DNA from: Candidatus Poribacteria bacterium
GTDB lineage: Bacteria > Poribacteria > WGA-4E > WGA-3G
DNA: 64,000 nt
NCBI GenBank assembly: GCA_022827625.1
Contig: JAJEIE010000022.1
Coordinates: 24,293 to 88,292, forward strand
Reading direction: 5' to 3'
The position numbers and the translations under genes are program-made. Shown here piece after piece: positions 24,909 to 31,955 of this stretch. The notes below the pieces were generated by a model. It was not told where the DNA came from, made no database searches, and saw only the letters and a program-made list of their open reading frames with translations. Position 1 is the stretch's first letter. Every line of letters starts with the position of its first letter.

Positions 24909-26447
24909 TTACTTTTTCCAGAAGCTTCGGTCAAGGCTCCGATATTGTATCGCTTCAGAGACGTGTACCGCTTCTATATTTGGGTTGTGATCTAAGTCGG
25001 CGATAGTACGTGCAACCTTCAAAATCCGGTCATAGGCACGTGCACTCAATCCTAACTGGTTAATCGCGACTCGGAGCAGTTCTTGTGCTTGGGCATCGAC
25101 CTTGCAATATTCTCGAATCTGTCTCGGTTGCATCGTTGCATTGGCGTGTATCGTTGTACCAGCGAAACGCTGTTGTTGGGCTTGGCGCGCTGCCTCAACC
25201 CTTCTTTGAACAATTGCTGAAGGTTCCCCAGTTGTCTCGTCAGCGAGTTCGGCGTATTTCACGGCTGGCACTTCAACCTGAATGTCGATTCTATCCAACA
25301 GGGGACCGGAGACACGGGAGACATAATTCTGAATCTGGGTCTGTGAGCATTTACAGTCTCGAGTCGGGTCGCTGAAGAACCCGCAAGGGCAAGGATTCAT
25401 CGCGGCGACAAGCATAAAATTAGCGGGATAAGTGAGGGATGCCGCTGCGCGGGAGATTGTTACCTGTCGATCCTCAAGCGGCTGCCGCATCACCTCAAGA
25501 ACGTTCCGTCGGAATTCGGGGAGTTCATCTAAAAAGAGGACCCCGTTATGGGCGAGGCTTACTTCACCGGGTCGCGGGATATTTCCGCCGCCGATTAAGC
25601 CGGCGTCTGAAATGGTATGATGTGGGGAGCGATACGGACGTGTTACAACCAAAGGTATGTCGCTTGGAAGGATACCGACGATGCTCTGAATCTTGGTAGT
25701 TTCTAAGGATTCCTCGGTTGAAAGTCTCGGCAGGATCGAGGGTATCCGCTTGGCAATCATCGTTTTACCAGAACCGGGGGGTCCAATCATAATGAGGTTA
25801 TGCCCACCTGCGGCGGCGACTTCAACAGCGCGTTTGACGTGTTCTTGCCCTTTCACATCAAGTAAATCAAAGAGGGTTTCTGGCGAAGTGCTATCGGTAT
25901 CAGTGCCGAGGGTATGGGGTTCTGGAGAGATCGCTTTCTCGGCATTAAGGAACGCGGCAGCCTCTGCTAAACTCGCGACGGGGTAGACCTTCACATCTTC
26001 CACAATCGCCGCTTCTCTGGCGTTCTCAGCGGGTAGGATGAGGTCCTGAACCCCATTTTCTTTTGCAGCGAGCGCGATCGGCAGCGCGCCTTGTATCCCG
26101 CGAACACTCCCATCAAGCGCGAGTTCACCCAAAACTATCGCATTTTCAAGCCGTGTCGGAACTACCTGATTGGTAGCAGCCATAACACCGATTGCGATAG
26201 GGAGGTCAAACGCTGAGCCTGCTTTTCGGATGTCCGCCGGCGCGAGATTCGCTGTGATTCGGGTTTGTGGAAAGTAGAACCCGGAATTTTTAATAGCTGC
26301 AGTAACTCGGTCCCTACTCTCCTTGATAGCACTGTCGGGTAAACCGACGGTGCTGAAAGACGGGAGTCCACCGGCAACATCGACTTCAACTTTCACAATA
26401 TAAGCATCAATTCCCAGCATTGCACTGCTCAGGACGGTTGCGAGCAT
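24909..26447 (-). CDS. YifB/ComM-family Mg-chelatase-like AAA+ ATPase
   Basis: N-terminal Lon-like domain [16 protein letters not shown]..., Walker [20 protein letters not shown]-terminal [18 protein letters not shown]. Confidence 0.9.
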   Translation of the reverse strand: MLATVLSSAMLGIDAYIVKVEVDVAGGLPSFSTVGLPDSAIKESRDRVTAAIKNSGFYFPQTRITANLAPADIRKAGSAFDLPIAIGVMAATNQVVPTRLENAIVLGELALDGSVRGIQGALPIALAAKENGVQDLILPAENAREAAIVEDVKVYPVASLAEAAAFLNAEKAISPEPHTLGTDTDSTSPETLFDLLDVKGQEHVKRAVEVAAAGGHNLIMIGPPGSGKTMIAKRIPSILPRLSTEESLETTKIQSIVGILPSDIPLVVTRPYRSPHHTISDAGLIGGGNIPRPGEVSLAHNGVLFLDELPEFRRNVLEVMRQPLEDRQVTISRAAASLTYPANFMLVAAMNPCPCGFFSDPTRDCKCSQTQIQNYVSRVSGPLLDRIDIQVEVPAVKYAELADETTGEPSAIVQRRVEAARQAQQQRFAGTTIHANATMQPRQIREYCKVDAQAQELLRVAINQLGLSARAYDRILKVARTIADLDHNPNIEAVHVSEAIQYRSLDRSFWKK

Positions 26448-26483
26448 ACACGTATTTCCTTCCTACAAATAAGTTCTGACCGC

Positions 26484-26513
26484 ATTATATCACGCTGAAA
26501 AATAAGGTGTCAA
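26484..26513 (-). promoter_or_regulatory. sigma70-type promoter TTGACA-18-TATAAT
   Basis: Minus strand TTGACA (26513-26508), 18 nt, TATAAT (26489-26484); about 35 nt upstream of the YifB ATG. Confidence 0.55.
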
Positions 26514-26523
26514 CGCTTTTCGA

Positions 26524-27543
26524 CTAATTTGGGTCTCCCGTGAGCTTGTGTAACATCTGTAGCTGCCTCTGGTTGGCTATGACTAACAAAGCATCACCGG
26601 CGACAATTTTCGTATCTCCCGGTGGATTATAGTGGAATGCGCCGTCTCTATCCTGGATTGCAATGACCACCAATCCGGTCTGTTCTTGAATGTTAGCGGC
26701 TTTGAGAGAAATCCCTTCCAACGGCGAGTTTTCTTGAATAATGGATTCCGTAAAGTGTGCGCCATCGCGATTTTGGGTCATATTTTCCAAGAACCCTACA
26801 AGCTGGGGTTGGAGTATACCGGTTGCGAGGCGGAGCCCCCCAATGTGGTCGGGTAGGACGACTTCGTCAGCACCGGCAGTGATAAGTTTTCCGGGTGAAT
26901 TATCCTCAACGGCTTTGGAAGCTATCTTTAAACGCGGATTCAATTTCCTCGCAGAAATCACAACGAAGAGATTGTCTTGGTCGCGGCTGAGACATGTGAC
27001 GAGTCCATGGGCGCGCTCAATCCCTGCCCGTATGAGCAATTCGTCATCAGTTGCATCGCCATGGAGATATGGAAAGTTTCGTGTGTCAGAAAGTTGGATA
27101 AGCCGTTCTTCATCGAACTCAATACCGACGAACTCTACTTCTGACCTTAGCATTTCGTCAAGTACATGTACGCCGGTGTCACCGAGTCCACAAACAATAT
27201 AGTGATTTGATAATTTATCGACAGTTCGGACCATTTTTTGTTGTCGGAAAAAGTTCTGTAATTGTCCTTCGATTAAAAAAGCAGTAGCGATAGTGACACA
27301 ATAGGTGAACACCCCAATTCCACCAATGAGGAGCAGTATTGTGAAAATACGTCCATTATCGCTCATTTCCAAATCATCGTGCCCGGCGGTTGTTAGGGTG
27401 ATGACAGTCATATAGATTGCATCAAGTAGCCGCCATCCGTGTTCCGGGTTGTTTCTTTCGATGACGAAGTACCCGAGCGTTCCCGTCAGAAGCAACCCCC
27501 AGAGCATAGCAAAAGCGATGATGATCTTACGTTGGTAATTCAT
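26524..27543 (-). CDS. 2-TM pore + RCK (TrkA-N/TrkA-C) cation channel, MthK-like, with non-canonical filter
   Basis: Pore region DAIYMTVITLTTAGHDD, RCK IVCGLGDTGVHV. Start trimmed to the ATG at 27543; the track extension translates a heptamer repeat. Confidence 0.8.
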   Translation of the reverse strand: MNYQRKIIIAFAMLWGLLLTGTLGYFVIERNNPEHGWRLLDAIYMTVITLTTAGHDDLEMSDNGRIFTILLLIGGIGVFTYCVTIATAFLIEGQLQNFFRQQKMVRTVDKLSNHYIVCGLGDTGVHVLDEMLRSEVEFVGIEFDEERLIQLSDTRNFPYLHGDATDDELLIRAGIERAHGLVTCLSRDQDNLFVVISARKLNPRLKIASKAVEDNSPGKLITAGADEVVLPDHIGGLRLATGILQPQLVGFLENMTQNRDGAHFTESIIQENSPLEGISLKAANIQEQTGLVVIAIQDRDGAFHYNPPGDTKIVAGDALLVIANQRQLQMLHKLTGDPN

Positions 27544-27550
27544 GAAAAAT

Positions 27551-27592
27551 GGCTGTTGGTTGTTGGCAATTGGTTGTTGATTGTTGGAAACC
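27551..27592. repeat. Tandem heptanucleotide tract (6 units) 7 nt upstream of the channel start
   Basis: ggctgtt ggttgtt ggcaatt ggttgtt gattgtt ggaaacc, followed by cgccatttgcca (27596-27607), also found at 41517-41528. Confidence 0.75.
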
Positions 27593-27647
27593 AATCGCCA
27601 TTTGCCATTCGCTATCCCCCGTCAACCCACCGTATGGATTTTTGAAT

Positions 27648-28703
27648 TTAATGCCGCTTTTTCGCACTGCGTTTGACAGCGGAATTTGGATCGTGTCGAG
27701 CAATGTCGAAAAGATCTTGGTGCTCAATTCTATCAAGGAGCGGTAGAAGCCTTGCGACTTCCATGCGGACGCACGCCGCAGCGTCTTTGAGACCGCGTTC
27801 AAACCAACGTTCGGGATCGTCGGCGTCGTGTTTCGCGAGCACCGCGAGCGCACCGGCACGGATGCGTTTATCCTGCGATCGGGCATACGGCAAAAGCGGG
27901 GCGGTGTATCCGTCATCGCAACGCTGCATAATTCGCAAAGCATTGCACACCACATCCACCGATTCGTCTTCAAGCTGCAAGACGCACCAATCAAAGAGCT
28001 CCTCTGTTCCGATTTTTTCGAGAGATTGAAGTCCGCGTATGCGTCGCTTCGGATTCTGCTCGGAAATGTCAACAATCGCTTTAATAGAGTCTTCATCCAT
28101 CTTCGTTGGTTGGCGCGATTCTTCGGGTGTATCCGGGTACAAGACGCGCACCACAATCGTATCATTCTGAAGATGCTGAATCGGTAGGACTTCAGGGTTG
28201 AAGGGCATCTTATCAAAGAACCCGGGTAACCACTGCTTGCCTTTCGTAAAAAACTCTTGCCAATCAATACGGCTGCCGGTGCCTGACCTCATCCGATTAT
28301 CCATCCAATGCGCCAAGCGAACGATACCCCAATGGTTTTGGCTCACGCCGTTGTGGGAATAGAGTCCAAGTTGACGGTTAATCCATTGCGACAGTGCAGC
28401 TGGATACGCAAGGAGTTCAAAAAAGTTAGATTGTAGGAGCTGAATAGACAGGTATTCGTTGATGGCTATAATGCCCCCTCGCAGATGGATTTTCCCTGGA
28501 CCGAGATGGTTACGCAGGTCTTCTGGTGCCAGTTGAGTTTGAAAGACGACCGGTCGATCATGTTTTCGGCGTGCCTTATGTTCGGCGCGGTTCTTCGCAT
28601 AGTTCCAATGGTTGGTGAACCAAATGGCACCGCCGCGTGGACGAAACCCGTTTTCAATGATGCCTCTCGCGCTCCTCAACGTTGTGCCGTGATAGAATTC
28701 CAT
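27648..28703 (-). CDS. ART-fold (PARP/Tpt1-KptA-like) N-terminal domain fused to C-terminal HEAT/armadillo-like repeats
   Basis: N-terminus MEFYHGTTLRSARGIIENGFRPRGGAIWFT...DRPVVFQTQL...IAINEYL parallels the HGT...G(F/L)...hydrophobic-aromatic...E pattern of PARP/Tpt1 NAD lobes. C-terminus DKRIRAGALAVLAKH..., VRMEVARLLPLL..., HDPNSAVKRSA is HEAT-like. Confidence 0.45.
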   Translation of the reverse strand: MEFYHGTTLRSARGIIENGFRPRGGAIWFTNHWNYAKNRAEHKARRKHDRPVVFQTQLAPEDLRNHLGPGKIHLRGGIIAINEYLSIQLLQSNFFELLAYPAALSQWINRQLGLYSHNGVSQNHWGIVRLAHWMDNRMRSGTGSRIDWQEFFTKGKQWLPGFFDKMPFNPEVLPIQHLQNDTIVVRVLYPDTPEESRQPTKMDEDSIKAIVDISEQNPKRRIRGLQSLEKIGTEELFDWCVLQLEDESVDVVCNALRIMQRCDDGYTAPLLPYARSQDKRIRAGALAVLAKHDADDPERWFERGLKDAAACVRMEVARLLPLLDRIEHQDLFDIARHDPNSAVKRSAKKRH

Positions 28704-28740
28704 AAATTATTCTCCTCAATAGTTTAATTAGGATTAACCC

Positions 28741-28755
28741 AATCTATAGCAGATA
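28741..28755. promoter_or_regulatory. Palindromic 14-mer AATCTATAGCAGAT (operator-like), copy 1
   Basis: AATCT-N5-AGAT(T) inverted repeat about 40-50 nt upstream of the ATG at 28703. Identical 14-mer at 60882-60895. Confidence 0.35.
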
Positions 28756-28781
28756 ATTCATGAAAACCTGATGGCTGTTGG

Positions 28782-29159
28782 CTAATTGCCATTCTCGGTC
28801 GGTAGGTCGTTTTCTTCAGCGGGTGTATCTTCTTCAGTTTGTCGTGCTGCTGTTTCCTCTTGGGCGGCGGCTTCATGCCGACTCAGCGCACGCACGTAGC
28901 CCATTCTGAGTTCATAGAGGGTATTCGCCAAGAAGTTAGCCTCCGGTGCAGTGAGATTCCCCTTGGTCTTTTCCTCAAGCATCTCAATGGTATCAATAAT
29001 ATGTTTGACGAGGGGAAGGTTGATGACCACTTCCTCCGTCTCGGGGTTAGGGATACCGTTTAAGTAGAGCCGCCCGGTTTCGACCAAGTTTGTCAGATAA
29101 CTAATAAAATCGACAGGTGGAAGGTGTTGCGTTTCTTCCTGAGCCGTAGTCTCTTCCAT
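28782..29159 (-). CDS. DUF1844 domain protein
   Basis: FISYLTNLVETGRLYLNG...IDTIEMLEEKTKGNLTAPEANFLANTLYELRMGYV matches the DUF1844 pattern as I recall it. Confidence 0.65.
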   Translation of the reverse strand: MEETTAQEETQHLPPVDFISYLTNLVETGRLYLNGIPNPETEEVVINLPLVKHIIDTIEMLEEKTKGNLTAPEANFLANTLYELRMGYVRALSRHEAAAQEETAARQTEEDTPAEENDLPTENGN

Positions 29160-29221
29160 TTATTATTATTGCTCCCGATTTGTTGCGATACGGCGTGCGG
29201 ATGTTCGTCCGAAAAATTCCG

Positions 29222-29593
29222 TTATTCGTCACCAAAAATAATGATTTGTGCGAGTAAGCTGCCGGCTTGATTATTGTTGCGTGGATTTTCGTTCATAGCG
29301 AGAAAAATAACACCGTCAGCAGGCGCCGGATTGTCGTAGCGTGAACCGACAGCAAAGACGGCGCCCTCAATTTTAGCAACAAGTGCCCCGATGTTCGTGC
29401 CGGGTAGCAGATAGTCGCTGGATCCGGGTGTCTTGGGGACACCATCTGCGCCACACCAGCCGGTCCGATTTTGTAAATCTGGGGACCACGCGCCCTCTGC
29501 ATCAATGATGAGCCGCTGCCCTTTTTTCACGCGCACGTAACTTTCTTGCCAAACGGGACTTGGACGTGCCGTTCGGATAACAGTTAATGCCAT
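29222..29593 (-). CDS. Small PA-IL/LecA-like beta-sandwich protein (putative lectin)
   Basis: GAWSPD...GWCGADG...PGTNIGALVAKIEGAVFAVGS...GVIFLAMNEN pattern typical of PA-IL-like domains. Confidence 0.45.
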   Translation of the reverse strand: MALTVIRTARPSPVWQESYVRVKKGQRLIIDAEGAWSPDLQNRTGWCGADGVPKTPGSSDYLLPGTNIGALVAKIEGAVFAVGSRYDNPAPADGVIFLAMNENPRNNNQAGSLLAQIIIFGDE

Positions 29594-29611
29594 CTATGCC
29601 TCCATCTAAGT

Positions 29612-29646
29612 AGTTATCAGTTTTCGGTTGTCGGTTATCGGTTAAG
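29612..29646. repeat. Tandem heptanucleotide tract (5 units), left arm of a ~145-bp palindrome
   Basis: agttatc agttttc ggttgtc ggttatc ggttaag. Confidence 0.75.
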
Positions 29647-29715
29647 AGGTTTCCTTGTAACAATTACCGTCTGCTTGGCGTACGCCGAGAAGCCGTGATT
29701 TGTTACATAAACTCT

Positions 29716-29750
29716 CTTAACTGACAACTGACAACTGATAACCGATGACC
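29716..29750. repeat. Tandem heptanucleotide tract (5 units), right arm (complementary flavour)
   Basis: cttaact gacaact gacaact gataacc gatgacc. Confidence 0.75.
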
Positions 29751-29752
29751 TA

Positions 29753-30355
29753 TTACTCTTTGTCTCGAATCGTAATATTCGTGATTGCATCACCAACAAC
29801 GATGCTGTCAACGACCTCCATGCCGCTGATGATGTTCCCGAAAATGGTGTACTCACTATCAAGAATTGCGTCTCCTCGACAGATAAAGAATTCGGATGCG
29901 TAGGAAACGCTTGCCCCCTCTTCTTTCGCCATAGCCACAACGCCCCGCGACATTTCTTGTGAACCGTTTTCAATGGGGAGCGTATCTCCAGCGGCAAGTT
30001 TCGATCCTGCTTGGATGAGGAGTTCTTCAGCGCGGTTAAACTTCTCACCCTTGTAATACATAACTTGCGCGTTTTTGATGAAATTCTTGGCAGTTTCTGG
30101 GGCTTCGGTTGCAAGAAATTCAAATTCAATAGTGCCTTTCGCCGTTTCAATGACGGCTACCACGGTTGCTGGGTCAATCTGTGGTTTCGCCGTAGGCTGC
30201 GCTGTGCCTGTACCTGCCCGGCGTGCGCGCGGTACGGGTGCTTGCCTATCTTCCTGTGCGCAACTGATCAGAAAAGTAGCGAAGAAACTCGCTAAAATCA
30301 AGAGTGCTGCAGCTGCGAAGGGTTGGTGTTGCTTATTCCGCTGTTGCCTTAACAT
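29753..30355 (-). CDS. Cyclophilin-type peptidyl-prolyl isomerase-like lipoprotein (divergent)
   Basis: IETAKGTIEFEFLATEAPETAKNFI...YYKGEKFNR...IQAG...VAMAK...FFIC...YTIFGNIISGMEVVD; lipobox LISC; QGG replaced by QAG. Confidence 0.7.
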   Translation of the reverse strand: MLRQQRNKQHQPFAAAALLILASFFATFLISCAQEDRQAPVPRARRAGTGTAQPTAKPQIDPATVVAVIETAKGTIEFEFLATEAPETAKNFIKNAQVMYYKGEKFNRAEELLIQAGSKLAAGDTLPIENGSQEMSRGVVAMAKEEGASVSYASEFFICRGDAILDSEYTIFGNIISGMEVVDSIVVGDAITNITIRDKE

Positions 30356-30959
30356 ATTTTGACTTCGCCTCCAATCGAATTCTTGTCATGACATCGTCTA
30401 TCTCTAAGCGATCAACGACATCCATCCCTTGAATGACACCACCAAAGGTCGTATATTGTCCATCAAGGTGGGGTTGGGGTTTGAAGCAAATGTAGAATTG
30501 GCTCCCGGCTGAGTTCGGCGCGTTTGCCCGAGCCATCGCCACAGTTCCTCTGACATGCGGACGTTGGTTCGGATTCGTGTACTCGTCGACGATATTCCAA
30601 CCGGGACCTCCTGTTCCATCGCCTTTTGGACACCCGCCCTGAATGATATTCAGCCCGGGTGCGTCGACTTTCCTATGAAATGTCAATCCATCGTAGAACT
30701 TCATGTTAATCAACTTGATGAAGTTATCTACTGCTACTGGCGCAGCGTCAGGATAGAACTCAAACACAAATATGCCTTTGTCCGTTGTAACGACCGCGAC
30801 TTGCTCTTCAGGCGTTAAGTTCCGGTTGAAGGGGAGCGCGCAGCCAGCTATAGTTAGTAGTAATAAGAATAGAAACGTTAAACTTTTGTATAGAGAAATT
30901 TGACTTTTTAATATTAATGTAGCTCCGAATTGTGTGAAAAGATTACGCGCTGTTTTCAT
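30333..30959 (-). CDS. Cyclophilin-type peptidyl-prolyl cis-trans isomerase, lipoprotein
   Basis: FEFYPDAAPVAVDNFIKL...YDGLTFHRKV...IIQGGCPKGDGTGGPG...GTVAMARA...SQFYICF...HLDGQYTTFGGVIQGMDVVD; lipobox TIAGC. Confidence 0.9.
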   Translation of the reverse strand: MKTARNLFTQFGATLILKSQISLYKSLTFLFLLLLTIAGCALPFNRNLTPEEQVAVVTTDKGIFVFEFYPDAAPVAVDNFIKLINMKFYDGLTFHRKVDAPGLNIIQGGCPKGDGTGGPGWNIVDEYTNPNQRPHVRGTVAMARANAPNSAGSQFYICFKPQPHLDGQYTTFGGVIQGMDVVDRLEIDDVMTRIRLEAKSKYVKATAE

Positions 30960-30981
30960 TAACTCTCCCTTGCTGTCTGAA

Positions 30982-31731
30982 TTATCTGGTTTTAAGGCGT
31001 GCCCAAACGGTTGCTAACTTGTCCTGTGCATCAACGTGCAGTGTGACAGGCTCTTCCATATCTTTGAGCAATTCATCCTTGGTTAAGGCGTAATTATACA
31101 TCTTGATTTCATCAAGCGCCCCAGTAAGAAAGCGTCCACTCCCGCCGCGGGCACCGATAAAAAGTGGATCGTTGTTCGGCACCAATTCCCCCTTACACGG
31201 CATCTCGGCTTCGAGTTCACCATCAATATAGAGTAGGATATCGTTACCGTCCCACGTGCCAGCGAGAAAATGCCACTCGCCATCTTGGATGCTCGGACCA
31301 ATATTGTCATCGTTACAGGCATCGGGTAAATCGAAAAATTGCAGGATTGTTCCGCCGTTGTAAAGTGCAGCGAGGTTATATAGACCCGAAACCCAAGCGA
31401 TTCCTTTTTCAACGCCACTCTGGATGGCTTCCCCACCTTTAACGATTGCCCAGAATTCAATGGTAATTCCGTCAACAATGTCGAGGCTGGCGTGGTCAGG
31501 AATCTGCCCAGAGGTCTTGCCATCAAACTCCAACGCTTTCCCGAAAACGCCATCAATTAATTTCGGATTGCCTTTAAAGGTTGCGTCGTTACCGAATTCG
31601 GACAGATCCTTTGCGACATCGCCGGCTAATTCATCAAAGGAGAGATGTAAGATCAGTTCTTGTGCCTCACCAACTGCTGTCATAGTTATCAATACGAAGA
31701 AAAGGCCCAAGAAAAAAAGGCTCTGTTTCAA
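30982..31731 (-). CDS. Secreted LamG (Laminin_G_3 / concanavalin-A-like) domain protein
   Basis: LHLSFDELAGD...GKALEFDG...WHFLAGTWDG...LYIDGEL...LDEIKMYNYALTKDEL. TTG start 7 nt after AGGAGG. Confidence 0.75.
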   Translation of the reverse strand: MKQSLFFLGLFFVLITMTAVGEAQELILHLSFDELAGDVAKDLSEFGNDATFKGNPKLIDGVFGKALEFDGKTSGQIPDHASLDIVDGITIEFWAIVKGGEAIQSGVEKGIAWVSGLYNLAALYNGGTILQFFDLPDACNDDNIGPSIQDGEWHFLAGTWDGNDILLYIDGELEAEMPCKGELVPNNDPLFIGARGGSGRFLTGALDEIKMYNYALTKDELLKDMEEPVTLHVDAQDKLATVWARLKTR

Positions 31732-31751
31732 CTTTGTACCTCCTAATATAG

Positions 31752-31780
31752 GATTATAAGCGACATTTTCTTAGATGTCA
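31752..31780 (-). promoter_or_regulatory. Perfect-consensus sigma70 promoter TTGACA-17-TATAAT
   Basis: Minus strand TTGACA (31780-31775), 17 nt, TATAAT (31757-31752), then AGGAGG and the TTG start at 31731. Confidence 0.7.
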
Positions 31781-31881
31781 ACTCAATTTAGGTCTAAACA
31801 GTTAATATGATTTTAAGATAGCAAGAGGTGAAAAAAAAAGCAAGGGTTTTCAACATTTTCGGAAACCTCGCCAGCGAGCGT

Positions 31882-31918
31882 AAAAAAACAGGGCAGCGAA
31901 CCGGAGTCCACTGCCCTG
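31882..31918 (-). terminator. Rho-independent terminator of the lamin-tail-domain gene
   Basis: Minus strand CAGGGCAG (31918-31911), 14-nt loop, CTGCCCTG (31896-31889), TTTTTTT (31888-31882); 38 nt after the stop at 31956. Confidence 0.8.
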
Positions 31919-31955
31919 ATAGGTTAGTTAGAATATCCCTGCGTCTAACTCGTTT

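Noticed and set aside
27527-28267. 246-aa minus-strand ORF in an alternative frame
   Set aside because: Overlaps the ART-HEAT gene out of frame and runs through the heptamer repeat and the channel start. R/S/C-rich composition. The other frame has domain-like sequence.
29635-30150. 171-aa minus-strand ORF
   Set aside because: Out-of-frame overlap with the cyclophilin-like gene, extending through the 145-bp palindrome. No homology-like features.
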